Below, piece by piece: positions 25,062-37,301 of a stretch of DNA of 64,000 nucleotides. The notes below the pieces were generated by a model that worked only from the letters and a program-made list of their open reading frames with translations, made no database searches and was not told the DNA's origin. Source of the stretch: Somniosus microcephalus (Eukaryota); the NCBI GenBank assembly GCA_052327205.1, contig CM126204.1:158410001-158474000 (forward strand), written 5' to 3'. Position 1 is the first letter of the stretch. Each line of letters starts with the position of its first letter. The position numbers and the translations under genes were made by a program.

Positions 25062-25689
25062 GCTTCTGGTAGATGCCTCAGTTGAGGAAGCGCTCAGTCA
25101 AGGTGGGGAGAGGGGTTTCCCAGGAGGTCACACTGGAGATGGGTGTCAGGCTCCAAACTTCCACAGCTATGGTTATGCCTGCTAAAAGTTCCCCCAGACC
25201 TGAGACAACAAAGTCCTGCCACCTGCAAATGATGACTGATCAAATCTCCTATTTAATGGTGGAGCTGCAGCTGATAGTCAGCAATCCAATTGTGCTCCCG
25301 CCAGGTTTCACCGTCGTGTTTCAGAGGAGCCGTGAATCACGTGGGAAACGTGTTAAAATTGGAAAGGCCTCTCAAAATGGGATTATAGAAGCAATTTAGT
25401 GGCTGTTAAGGGCCTTAAGGGCCTATCCCGCCCCTTAGAGGCAGGATCGAGATGGGATCAGAAACCACGCATTTGGGAAAATTGCTTGGAGGCGGGATGG
25501 AGGCGGGGTCAGGCCCGCCCGCCACTTTTTGCAATTTTAACACCCCACATTGCCTCCATTCCTGCCTCCTCAGGCCTGGGAAAATCCAGCCCCATGTGCT
25601 TAAATCCTGACTCAGAAGCAAGAGTGCTACCACTGAGCCAAGGCTGCCACCTTGGATTACTGGAGAAAATTTAGGAAGTTAAAGAAGGG

Positions 25690-27560
25690 AATGTGGATGG
25701 TCTGATTGAAGTAACAATTACTATAAAAGGAGGTTCGGGAAAGAGTATAATTTATGTAGCTGTCCTTAAATCTGGAAGGCATCTCAGAGCACTTTAAAAT
25801 AAGGAAGAGATATGATGGACAAAAGCGTGCGAAAGGGAGAAAGAAATGGAGAGGTTAGGATAGGAAACTGGTGGCAAAATTGAAGAGGGGAAGGAATGGA
25901 AGCTGGGAATATTGAAAAAATGGTTTTGGTAAATGAGCAAGTGAGTTAGAAAGCTGAGCTCAGGGTTGAGGAGGATGCCTAGGTTTTGCACTTCCTCAAA
26001 CAGCTTGATATGGTAACCAGGAAGGTTGATGGAACTAAATCCAGAGGCTTAGATGTGCTAAAGCAAGCCAAAGAGAATGGCATCGGTCTTGCCAATATTT
26101 AGCTGGAGGAACTTTTGGCCCATCAAGATCTTGGTATAAGACAAGCAATCTGGCAGCATGGCAAAAACCTTTTGAATCAATAGAGAAAGCAGCCAGATTT
26201 AGATGGGTGCCATCAGCATATATGTGAAAGCCCATCCTGTGTTTCTGGATAACATCATTGAGGGATAGCATTAAGCTAGTGAAGAAAAGGGAGCCGAGAA
26301 TGAATCCTTGAAGTACACATGATGTGACCATATAAGCTGAGGAGCATAAGTCTTTGGCAGCAGTGTAGTACGAATTAAGCAGAAGCGGGACCAGACAATA
26401 GCAGTGCTGTGGAGACGTACTGCGAAGGAGAGACATTGGAGGAGAATGGAGTAGGTGACTGCATTGAAGATGGCAGAGGTGTTGAGGAAGATAAGGAGAG
26501 ACAGGGAGCCATGGTTACAGTGAAGTAAGATTAAAAATGAGCGTAACAGGGCACGTTTAGTAGAACGCAATTGCGGCAACAGAATGTGTAAAGATGAAAT
26601 GTACTAATTATACTATGTTTAATTGCAGAAATGACCATACCAGTTTAGAAAGATGAAACTTACAAAAAAGAGACACTGACCTAACCCTTTTTCTGGAAAA
26701 CGAAACTTAGTAGTGGTCAAGAGAGAGAGGGACTCGTTTCTCAGAAATCACATGTCCTGATGACTCATTTCCAAGAAATCAGAGGGTCTACAGGCCCCTT
26801 CAGTGAAAAGTGAAACTTATGTTATAGGCTATTTTGTATAAGTTAGACACACCGAGTTAGTGATTAATGTATAGACTTTTAAATCGATTGGACCTCTGGA
26901 GTAGGAGGTCTTGGAAAATGTGTATAACTGTGTGAATCTCAAGAGGTTCGGTGGAGTTGGAGCCTTGTGTGGGGACGCAAGAGCATTATCTCCCCAGGCC
27001 TGAATAAACCGTTTTGACTTCAATTACTGGGTCTGTCTTTCTTACAACAAGCCGGTGACGTCGACCCTGTATATCACTTGGTCCGCACTTTGGGGGCTTA
27101 CATCAACAGTTACACAGAATGTTGTTTGTGATTTTGCCAGCGCAGTCTTGGTACTGTGGGTAGAGAACAGATTGGAGGGACTCCAAAAAATGAGAAAGCT
27201 CCAAGCATAGTTGCAAGCTACACATTCCAAGACCTTAAAGAAGAAGGGATAGAAAGAGAGCTGGAGCGCATGGAGGTGCTTAGGATGGGTTTCATAGAGG
27301 AGAATAACAGCAGTTTAGAAGGAGGTGGGGAACAGTGCCAGACAAAAGAAACAGGTTAATGGTGTCAGCAAACATAGGTAGAGGAGGTGATGTTGGGTGA
27401 TCACAAGCTGGGATGGAAGGGTTGAACAGAGTAGGTAGCGGGCTTTTTGGATAGGATGAATGAGCTGAGGGAAGAACCTGTTGAGGGCAGATGGGGAAGC
27501 TGGGGATCTGGAGGAATAGGGTAGTCAGATGAGATAATGGCAATTAAGCACCATCCTATC
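25690..27560 (-). mobile_element. Old L2 LINE remnant
   Basis: Minus-strand translations VLQGFILGSLFF, FHIYADGTHL, HSTKTALAK, QNLGILLNPELSF typical of L2 RT. Confidence 0.75.
26524..27102 (+). mobile_element. Probable solo LTR interrupting the L2
   Basis: Non-L2 block starting (A)GTAAG and ending CTTACA, with AATAAA at ~27003; TSD not convincing. Confidence 0.5.
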
Positions 27561-28484
27561 TACAGAAGGGGAGAAAGATAGATGCAGTATGCCTTCAGAA
27601 ATGGGTAGCATCTGAAGCCTAATGCATTTTTAAAAGTATAAATAGTTCTGTGTTCAAGTATTTAAAAGCTCTTGTTTGAAATCAATCCCTATAATGAGTA
27701 AAAATTACAAGCTTTTCCTTATTTTCTGTCATGAAAAATTTTGAAGAGGAATTTTATGCAGTCAATCGTGTATTACTTTGTGAGTCATGCTTTTCTTTGC
27801 AGTCACTTTCTTAAGCAATCCATCCCACATTCTCCTCTGTAGCCAGTCACGACAAACAAGTGATTACATTCAGCCTTTGTCCCCGCAGGAGATACAGAAA
27901 AATGATAGCATGTGCACCTACAATCTCTTACTCAATATAAAATACAATATGTAGGCGCACAATAGTAATGCTCAATCACCCTTACAAAAAGGGATTATGG
28001 CATTATACACATCCTGACAGGCACATCTTTTCCCTGATCACCCCTGAGCCATCCATCTCCACCATCCAAAGGTCAACAGCAACACTACCCAACACTGCCG
28101 TGTAATGCCTCGAGAACAAATTACTTGCAGACCTAGCTACAGCTATACTGTGATCTTCTCCTGTGAAATTCAAACATCAAAGGTTAATTTGTCAAATGCT
28201 GATGAGGATGCGAGAACTAACTTTTTTTTGAGGAACAGCTTGGTGAGAGACTTGGTTCACCTGACAAATGATATCGTAGCAAAAATAAAGTCCAGGAAAT
28301 GCAGGCTAGATCAGTCAATTGACAACTGCGAGTCCTGCAAGATGAGCACACCTGTTCCACCAGCTGAATGGTTTAGTCAGACATCAGTCATGTGTCATTT
28401 TTAACACCATCATTTACACCATTGAAAAGTGGAATAATCCGTTACTCTGTAATCAAAATAAGTTCTTGTGCTCAAGAGTGCCCC

Positions 28485-28563
28485 ATTACTTCATTGGCTG
28501 TAAAGCGCTTTGGGACGTCCGGTGGTCGTGAAAGGCGCTATATAAATGCAAGTCTTTCTTTTC
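28485..28563 (+). mobile_element. Deu-SINE/L2-type 3' tail fragment
   Basis: TACTTCATTGGCTGTAAAGCGCTTTGGGACG...AAAGGCGCTATATAAATGCAAGTCTTTCTT. Confidence 0.85.
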
Positions 28564-31063
28564 ATTAGAATGCACACATAACGCTGTGCTACTGCACAAA
28601 AAAAATATTATTCTGCAGTGGCATACTATTAACGACTAAAGTCTGCTTTATTGCCAATTTCAAAACCAGCTTGTTTCAGGTTTTATTCTTTGTGTAAAAA
28701 AAGGGGAGACAAATCAGTGGGGAATAAATTAGGTCCTAAAAAGAAAGCCTGCATGCATTCTAGATCATTTTAATGATCTCTTCACAGTATGTATTGTATT
28801 GAAGTCAGCATAAACAGCACAATGCATCAGTATCCAATACATTACACCATCAAAAACTAAACCAGAAAAATAAAAGGAGTAAAATAAGAACCGAGACAGA
28901 ATGAATAAGTGAAAAGATAACAGGCAAAAACAGAAAATGGAAAATTACAGTAAATAATAAAACCAGTAGTGGTAAGAATATAAAGTTGAAAAATACAAGA
29001 ACATAAATTATGAAAAACTAGGCATTTAGAAATTTTAAAAAGCCCTGAAAATTTAAACAGGTCTTGAAAATCTCCTTTTTGGATTCTCAAGTAACTCTCA
29101 ACAATGAAGGGAAACATCTTTTTGCAGCCATATCATGTGTGCCCTGAAGAATTTGTTCTCTGCCACAGGAATCAGGTTTCAGCACTATGTCAAGCCTGCA
29201 GGGACCATGGGTGGCGACAACTGTAGAAGCCAGGGAGAATCTGATTAGAGACAGTGTGATTTTTAAAACCAAATAACATATTTACAGCTTTATGGATGGG
29301 GTGTAATAGAGATTTCAAAGCTACAAGGCTTTATTGCTTTTGGACACTGAAGTCGCAAAGTCCAAATGAAAATAACAGCCAATGGAACATTTATGGCAGG
29401 ATAGGATTAGGATTAGGTTGACAAAAAATGAGATGGAGCCAGAGAGATGAAAATCTGCTGCCAGAAAAAAGCAGAAATGGGTCACGAAAGTGCTTGAAGC
29501 ACTGTATAATTAAACAAGCTCTTAAAACTCTAGGAGTTCAATCATACTGTTATTTTTGCATCAGTGGAAAGTGGTTCATTGTGCAACAACATAAAGTGGC
29601 AATATAACTCTGTCAGTACCAATCTGACTCCAGAAAATACATATTTCCAGCAGTGTCGGACCTCCTTCAAGAGGCTATCTCATTGCTTTGGTTCGACAAT
29701 GTGTGGAGTATAATTCCAGTGCAAGGTGAAGCCAGGGTAAAAAGTGTTCAGTCTTTTGGTCCTCCTAACGTCCTACTAAAGGCTATTTTCTATTTTAGGA
29801 GAGAATAGGCAAGGAGATGTTTGCTTTCTCATAATAATAGAATGGTTATTTTTTAATTAACAGTGTTTACAATTAAATTGTACTCATACGATGAGTACAT
29901 AAATATTTTATGGTTTCTTGCCACAGTTGTGCTTCTGCTGCGAATGATGCTAATTTGAAACAACTTATTTATTCTTGCTCCACTGTGTCAGGGAATGAGG
30001 GGTCCTAGTAGTTGTCCTGTTCATTGGGGCCACTGTCCTTATCGGTCTGAATGGGCCACAGTTAATTAGGTTATTTCCCCATAAACTCTGGACCTCTTTC
30101 TTACTTATTAGTCCTGGTCATTGGAGAGCAAAGACCTCCAAGCACTATGCAGGCTAGCACAGCTCTAGCTGCTAGCTAGCAGGTGTTGCATCCCTTACTG
30201 TGGGGTGTGTACTTCCATCACCCCCCCGTCCTCACCAAGCACTATTGGTTTCTCCTGCCCTGGTAAATTTGTCGATGAGATCTTCACCCTCGCCTTCAAT
30301 CACTCCATGGCTTTCCCCCACCCTATCTAAACCCCATCTCCTCCAGCTGCATGTTCTTCCATGAATCTCCAACACTATCTTACTATTCTTTCCTCGCTCC
30401 CTTAGTTTTATCATCTATCAAGTGCTGACCAGCTCTGCTTTAGCCATGACCCTGCAAGTATCAACCTAATGGAGCACCTAATTACTTGGTCTGGATGTAA
30501 ATGAATCTCATCTGATACTCATGATAGGATGCTACATGTGTCACTAATGTTGCCTAGTCCTTCAAGCCCCAACATCAACAGTTGGCTGAACTTTCTGTCA
30601 AAGGTACTAGCACACTTCATTACACAGAAGTGTACCCATATTTTGTTTCAGTTTCAAAGACCATTGAGCAATTTGTCACTGGCTGGAGAAACGAGACTTC
30701 ATCCACTGACATAGGGACCCTGTATCTTCCATCAGATCTTGTTACCATGACATTAGGTTCTCCTACATAGTATTTACAATGACTTTGGTAAATTTTTGTG
30801 CTCATCAAGGTGAGTGAAATTAATGCTGGATAGTGAAGCTTTTGTGACACCCAGATAGGGTATAACATGGTTAGGTACACATATACTCTACTCCAACAAT
30901 GTGTCTTAGTCCCAACTCCAGGAATATATCCCCCCACTGCAGCAGTGTGACATATTTGCATCTCCAAAACCTGCACAAAGCTTCTCTGAGCGAGATGCCC
31001 AATCCACAAAGAATTGGATTATGATTCTAGAAACTCATTTCATGTACGACCTTTGCAGCTTAC

Positions 31064-31190
31064 CTCAGACATAACAAACGGTTTGTGCCCCTATATTGAA
31101 AGAGGCACTATTGCTAACAGCAATGCTGATGTACCTACGCTGTAACATACATGCTGCACCGAGGACTGTCAGCTTAAGAAGACCATAGAC
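31064..31190 (-). other. Candidate non-coding (5' UTR or lncRNA) exon
   Basis: Minus-strand acceptor TTTATTTCTTAAG|G and donor GAG|GTAAGC; 127 nt with stops in all three frames; unique sequence. Confidence 0.35.
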
Positions 31191-33249
31191 CTTAAGAAAT
31201 AAATGTCATTTTCAGTGATGTTTCATGATACACCATGGTTTTGGGTGTGAGACTTGCGTGTAGCTTCCTCCAAGTTGTTCATTTGCACTGACCCATGGTG
31301 TAAGTCACTTATTTACCCATTATTAATAAAATATCCTGCCTGGAGTCACTAGTGTTCTCCATGGCTGAAAGGATAGCAGGATATATATTAGCTGCAGTAA
31401 GAAAGGGTGAGTCATACACTGGATTGGCTTCCAACTATCTTTTCAAGCTCACTGAGTTTGAAAGAATGGTTAGGTCAACAGGAAACAGAGGTTGGTCCAC
31501 AGGTATGATTAAGTTACAGAATAATGGACTGACCTCCCTCCCCCAGATGTATTACAAAAGGTGTATTCAGCCAAGACGAAACAGGAACAATGTATATCTT
31601 AATAATCCATCCCTGACCTTTTATGTTCGAGGATTCTGAGTGTATGTACAACAGTCCAAAGGCAGCCAGCAAAAAACAGTTCATTCCTGATCCTTCAAGC
31701 GACTGAAAGGAGGAACGTTCATAAAGGCAGAGCAAAAAAATAGGGTGGTGAGTGAGTCTGTTTGGGTCAATCTTGCACATCTTGTAGCAGGATTCATGAA
31801 TGCATGGTAACCGGTTGCCTGGTTAGTCTGTAAACCATCATATATTTTTGTGGACCACACACTGTTTTATAAGGCAAAGGACAAAAAATATATACTAGAC
31901 AAATACTGCAGTTGAGGGATACAGAGGCTTCAAAAGTTCACAATTGCACTATACCAATTGGATTGACAAGAATGAAGAGTTAAAAGAAGATGGATTGTGC
32001 ACACTTGACTTTTCAATAGAAATTAGAAGTAGGAAGACTCTTCAATATTAAACCATCACATTTTCCACAATACAAGGTTTATATGTAGTGCCAGAATATT
32101 TAAGGGAAATATTTTTGCTAGAAGCTACTGCCTGCACTGTGCAACATCATTGGGCAATATAATGTAATGTTGTTAATTAGACAAAGGCAGAGAAATAGTA
32201 CAAAGAAGTAGAACATAGTATAAAGCATTTTCTCAGATTCCAGCCAATCATAGTGTTCTCTATCTTCCAAGGCTATAAGAGATTTTAGACTATGAAAAAA
32301 AGTAATAACTACAGTGTTATACATTTGCACACGCAATTACCTAGCAACTCCTATCCCTGGCCACCCAGAAAGTCAAGGGCATCATTGTGTATGCAGACTG
32401 AAAGCAATAGACTATTTAGCATGAATCTTAGAACCACTGCATTTTAATTTATTAGGTTTCATCCACTTCTGATTAAGTTATCCTTGACTTGTACTTATTA
32501 TTCAGCATTAAGGATGTAATAGGCATTTTAATAGGTCAACAGCAATGGTACATTTAAGCACTAATAAGGTGACTTCAACTCCAGGAATTTACATAACAGA
32601 TCAAAGGCTGTGTCTAGTCCCCGCTGTCAGAGAGTTGATATTTCTCTGCCTTTGTCCGCATTTCCAGTTAAATACAAGTCTTTGTTTCTCTATCTGAGCC
32701 TCAGATTTAATTCTTTACACAAAGTCTAATCATAAAAGAGTAATGAAGAGGACAATAGGATAGAGCTACAAATCCATAAGCAACTAGAGCTTTATCGTCT
32801 TCTGCAACACTGCAAGATAACAAAAGCATCACTGCAGAGAACAGTGGCATTGAAAGTGGCAGAAGCTCATTACTGCACCATCGCAGCAATAAACAGCTAT
32901 CGATGGCCAAATGGATCTAGGAAGCGGCACGTTAAGGAGTTTAACTGGAAAATGTATCAACATTAATAAACGTATAGATTTCATCTCTCCCATTTGTGGA
33001 GCATATTGAAATCTGAGCATTTTGCATGTTCACATGAACACAAATGTTTAAATCTGGTTAACTTTTCCCACTTAATTCAATTCAGGTAAGCTGCACACAA
33101 AGAAGGCTTGCAAAAAAATATAAATATGTCATAAGAAATCAATACCGTCAAAACCATCATTTTATCAAACAAACGAAATTTGCAAAAACAACTTCTCTCA
33201 AACACATAACCCCAACACACAGGACCAGTGGCGAGACTTTGCAACAGGA

Positions 33250-33830
33250 TTACCTAACGCTTCGCCTACCCTCCCCCCAGCCCCTCACAGATATGCTCTT
33301 CTCTGACAAGACGGTGCGGCTCCACACATCTCGGAGCTGCCTCCACTCACTGGGGCTGGTCTCCCGGGAAACCACGCCGAGCCGGATTGTGCTTTGAGAC
33401 ACAGGCTTATGATGAAGTAAAAAATGCGGCGAGAGAGAGAGTCTCACAGTCCAGGGCAGCCCAGTCCAACAGCTGCTCATTCACAACAACCAAAACAAAA
33501 GACAACTGAAACAAAGGCGCAACCTATTCCTTCAGCACACACACAACGCGCGTCGCCTACCTTTATCTCAACGTCCCGGCCGGCGGACTCACCTGTGGTT
33601 AGGAGGGTGCGCTGGAGATGCTTCAATGCTTGACCCCCTCACACTGACAGATGCTTTGATCTGTCCACAGACCTGAGAGCCAGCCTGACGACTACGGCGC
33701 TCGCACTGCGCAAGCGCCACTGCGCCGGCCACACAAAAAAAGTTGAGAGAAAAACAAAAGTAAACTTTGGTCAAACTTTGGGAGATCACGTGAGCCCGAG
33801 GAGGAGGAGGAGGAGGATTCTGACGCCGGC
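33250..33830 (-). promoter_or_regulatory. Probable host CpG-rich promoter and first exon(s)
   Basis: Local CpG enrichment in non-repetitive DNA; NRF1-like TGCGCAAGCGC ~33707; E-box TCACGTGA ~33786; minus-strand donors CAG|GTGAGT (~33590) and TAG|GTAATC (~33253). Confidence 0.55.
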
Positions 33831-33953
33831 TGTGCTGTTTAATTCCGACTGTTTGTAAATATTAGGATGTTTTACTACATCAAAGGTTTTTTTTTAGGAT
33901 CATGCTACTGGTGAAAATAGTAAACTTCTGGGAAAGCTTTTTTGCGTAAGATT

Positions 33954-34513
33954 TGTAAACAATAATCCAATGATGTATTTATGGAAGGGGGGGCACTAAT
34001 GTGTCTGCTCAGGGCAAATGTAGGAAATGGTTCACGTGAAGAAAGGAAGTGTTTGAACAAAATTGACTCTTTCAAAACAAACACTTTTCCCCCCTCCTCA
34101 ATCAGCCCTTTGGATGTTTGAATGGATGTTGAAAACCGAGCCAAATGGTTTACTGCGGGATCTCCCCCCACCCTCAGAAGATCGTTATTTGAATGATAAT
34201 TCTGGAAATAAAAATCATAACGCTTTAAGACACGCTTAAGTGATACCAGTTGCAGGAGAATGGCTGTGCTTTTATGGAGCGATACAACTCAAGTCCACCT
34301 AAGGAACTGACTTCTCCAACCTTTTCCAGTTCTGACCATTCTCCTGCAGTATCACTTAAGCGTGTCTTAAAGCGTTATGATTTTTATTTCCAGAATGATC
34401 ATTCAAATAACGATCTTCTGAGGGTGGGGATCCCGCAGTAAACCATTTGGCTCGGTTTTCAACCGTGCCCCCCCCCCTTCCATAAATACAACATCATCGG
34501 ATTATTGTTTACA
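33954..34513. repeat. Long near-perfect inverted repeat
   Basis: 34336-34463 is the reverse complement of 34128-34263; 34465-34513 is the reverse complement of 33954-33996. Confidence 0.95.
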
Positions 34514-34633
34514 TCGACCTGAAACATTGTTAACTCTGTTTCTCTCTCCACGGATGCTGCCTGACCTGTTGACTGTTGCCAGCATTTTTCTGTCGTTATT
34601 TCTGATTTCCAGAATCCGCAGTATTTTGCTATT
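34308..34633 (+). mobile_element. Penelope-derived repeat fragment, interrupted
   Basis: TTCCAGTTCTGA | insertion | TCGACCTGAAAC...TTAACTCTGTTTCTCTCTCCAC.GATGCTGCCTGACC; homologous to 35872-35956. Confidence 0.7.
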
Positions 34634-34799
34634 GTCGACCTGAGGATAACCTGCTTCCTTATCCAAACAACACAGTCATGGACCGACAGTTTCGCTGGTT
34701 CACACTGGAATGCAAGTCAGGGAGGGAGGGAGGACCTGCTACACTGATTCTTAGCTCTCCATGAAGCACGTTGGGACATGTTTCCACCTTAAAGGCACT

Positions 34800-35400
34800 T
34801 TCAAATAAATTTTATTTGCCATATGTATTACTACAATGGAATGTTTTTACTCCCCGATCACTTCCAAAATAGGCTGTGGGAGCTCACAGAGACACGTCGC
34901 TATTCTACAGCGCCATGTTCAGTAAAAGTCAATTCAATTGCGTCCAATGGCAGTGGGAACGCGACGTCCATCAGCCGCTCCGTCTCCGTGGACTCCTCCT
35001 CTCTGTTGCCGGCTCCACAATATGGTGTCCTTCTTCTCACATCTGGCCTCAGGTCTCCATGCCCGGCTCTCCCTCCTTCCCCTCGAACTGCGAGCTTCCC
35101 GCACTGTCGCTGGTTCAAATTTGCAACGGCCCGGGGCCTGCCTCTCACGCTCACGTCCGGCCTCCAACTGCCATGCCCGGCTCCCCTACTCCTAGTCCGA
35201 AACAGAAATTCACGACGAGGAGCTGCCGGGCGACGTGCCGAAGCGGGTCTTCGTGGCTGCTGCTGCCGCTTCCCGCTGCTGCGCTGCCTCCGCCCGACTC
35301 GCCGAACACATCGCTCCGGCATCGGGAGCGGGTGGCGGGGGGTACGGGCCGTCCGAAGCAGGAGAGCGCTTAGCTCCGGACCGCCTCGGTCGCCATCTTG
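34800..35400 (-). mobile_element. Short CpG-rich element from CAAGATGGCG to AATAAA, candidate non-autonomous retroelement
   Basis: Minus strand begins CAAGATGGCG and ends CATATGGCAAATAAAATTTATTTGA; internal ~34-bp direct repeat; no recognisable ORF. Confidence 0.45.
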
Positions 35401-35409
35401 AATCAAACC

Positions 35410-35494
35410 TTTTTTAGAAGGGTTTCGACCCGAAACATTGACTCTATTTCTCTCTCCATGAATGTTGCCTGGCCTGCTGAGTTTTTCCAGCATT
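35410..35494 (+). mobile_element. Penelope-derived repeat fragment with partial hammerhead
   Basis: GAAGGGTTTCGACCCGAAAC...TCTCTCTCCA...GCCTGGCCTGCTGAGT; CTGA of the core is missing. Confidence 0.65.
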
Positions 35495-35496
35495 AT

Positions 35497-35765
35497 CCCA
35501 TGGCACTATTTCGAGAAAGATAGGCTTGCATTTATATAGTGCCCTTCATGACCAGCAGACGTCTCGAAGTGCTCTACATCCAATGAAGTACTTCCAAGGT
35601 GCAGTTACTGCTGTAATGTGGGAAAGAGCGGGGAATTATCCCTGGTGTTGGCCAATGGTTATCCCTCAATTAACATAACAAAATGATAGATTATCTGGTC
35701 ATTATCACATTGCTGTTTGTGGCAGCTTGCTGTGCGCTAATTGACTTCCGCGTTTCCTACATTAG
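35497..35765 (+). mobile_element. Deu-SINE body containing an inverted SINE tail
   Basis: Plus-strand SINE body interrupted by a minus-strand tail at 35521-35621 flanked by GAAAGA (35515-35520, 35622-35627). Confidence 0.75.
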
Positions 35766-35767
35766 TG

Positions 35768-35956
35768 CAAAGGCAAAATACTGCAGATGCTGGAAATCTG
35801 AAATAAACACAGAATTTGCTGGAAATACTCAGCAGGTCAGGCAGCACCTGTGGAGAGAAAAACCAGAGTTACTGACGAAAGGTTATAGACCTGAAACGTT
35901 AACTCTTTTTTTCCTCTCCACAGACGCTGACTATTTCCAGCATTTTCTGTTTTTAT
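35768..35956. mobile_element. Palindromic Penelope-derived element
   Basis: Left arm 35768-35871 is the reverse complement of the repeat type forming the right arm 35872-35956 and 34514-34633. Confidence 0.75.
35865..35906 (+). ncRNA. Minimal type I hammerhead ribozyme motif
   Basis: AGAGTT-A-CTGACGA-A-AGGT(TATAG)ACCT-GAAA-C-GTT-AACTCT: conserved CUGANGA and GAAA boxes, stem II, vestigial palindromic stem III (AACGTT). Confidence 0.6.
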
Positions 35957-36270
35957 GTAAATGCTTGTTGTTGTTGTATACATAGATTAAAACACCTTTA
36001 CGTAGTTTTCATGAAAAAAAGTGTTTGGCAAACTCCCTTGTGGGTGAAGGAAAAGAACCTAGAATCAGTTTTGTAATGGTGACATCCTATGGTATATGAG
36101 GGGGTATCCTGTGGATAAATTTATCACATGATGTAGTGACTGAGCCATGTAGACCCGATCCCAGTTTGATCCTTGCGGACTAGCCAAGTGTCACTTATCA
36201 CAAGTGCCATTCCCTTTGGGTTGGGGATGGGGTGAAAGTAAGAAGCATGTTTCCAATGCTGATGATGCAA

Positions 36271-37035
36271 TTATACAGGGCCCTGGTGAGACCACACCTG
36301 GAGTATTGTGTACAGTTTTGGTCTCCTTACCTAATGAAGGATATACTTGCCATAGAGGGTGTTGTGTCTGTGTGTTGATAGAGACACTGAAGACAGGAGT
36401 TGGTTTGATAGGTGTTTACTAAACAAAGTCTGGAGGGGAACTAACGGATACAACACAATACTCAGGCTTATATAGCCCAAGTGGCCATTACCGGCATTAC
36501 AGTACACATGGGGCTCTTAAAGGCACATACACTACAGAGGGAGCGCAACAAAGGTTCACCAGGCTGATTCCTGGGATGGGGGGGGATTGTCCTATGAGGA
36601 GAGATTGAGTAGACTAGGCCTATATTCTCTGGAGTTTAAAAGAATGAGAGGTGATCTTATACAAAATTCTTACAGGGACTTGACAGGGTAGATGCAGGGA
36701 GGATGTTTCCCCTGGCCGGGGAGTCAAGAACCAGGGGTCACAGTCTCAGAATAAGGGGTCGGCCATTTAGGACTGAAATGAGGAGAAATTTCGTCACTCA
36801 GAGGGTGGTGAATCTTTGGAATTCTCTACCCCAGAGGGCTGTGGAGGCTCAGTCGTTGAGTATATTCAAGACAGAGATCGATAGATTTTTTGGATATTAA
36901 GGGAATCAAGGGATATGGGGATAGTGCAGCAAAGTGGAGTTGAGGTAGAAGATCAGCCATGATCTTATTGAATGGCGGAGCAGGCTCGAGGGGCCAAATG
37001 GCCTACTCTTGCCCCTATTTCTTATGTTCTTATGT
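36271..37035 (+). mobile_element. 5'-truncated CR1 split by a solo LTR
   Basis: [21 protein letters not shown]...MFPLAGESRTRGHSL; tail ATGTTCTTATGT. Confidence 0.9.
36360..36536 (-). mobile_element. Short solo LTR (177 bp)
   Basis: TGTTGTGT...ACACTACA termini; TSD GAGGG at 36355-36359 and 36537-36541; TATATAA on the minus strand. Confidence 0.88.
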
Positions 37036-37301
37036 CATTTTCAAAAATGGGCACGTTACTATGCTGATCACACATGTCAAATGATAGTTTTTCAATGCTG
37101 ATAGCTTTATCCTTGGTAGCTGGCCTGTGGTGCATTAGCCAGCCTCAGCCAGAACAGCAGTAGGGTTGCTGCCATTGGTGTCAGTGTCCCCAAGCCAGGC
37201 TTACCACTCTTGATCTCTACCCAGCTGCTCCTTCTGGAAAATGTGTGGTTATCGGGGGAAGAAAGGATCCCTCCACCGCGGTTGAATAGTTTGCCAACAC
37301 T

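Larger units (their letters stand above)
21826..25592 (-). mobile_element. PIF/Harbinger DNA transposon, two-gene type, degenerate
   Basis: 12-bp TIR GGGCTGGATTTT (21826-21837) / AAAATCCAGCCC (25581-25592); 3-bp flanks TAT / CAT; convergent transposase and accessory gene. Confidence 0.9.
21411..25651 (-). mobile_element. tRNA-headed Deu-domain SINE (SacSINE1-like) split by the Harbinger element
   Basis: Tail and body 21411-21825; tRNA-like head (CTGACTCAGA...GAGTGCTACCACTGAGCCAAGGCTG) 25596-25651; colinear with the plus-strand copy at 53975-53998 plus 62586-62903. Confidence 0.85.

Noticed and set aside
34823-35493. Overlapping 165-197 aa ORFs on both strands
   Set aside because: Expected in GC-rich DNA; they cross element boundaries and show no recognisable motifs.
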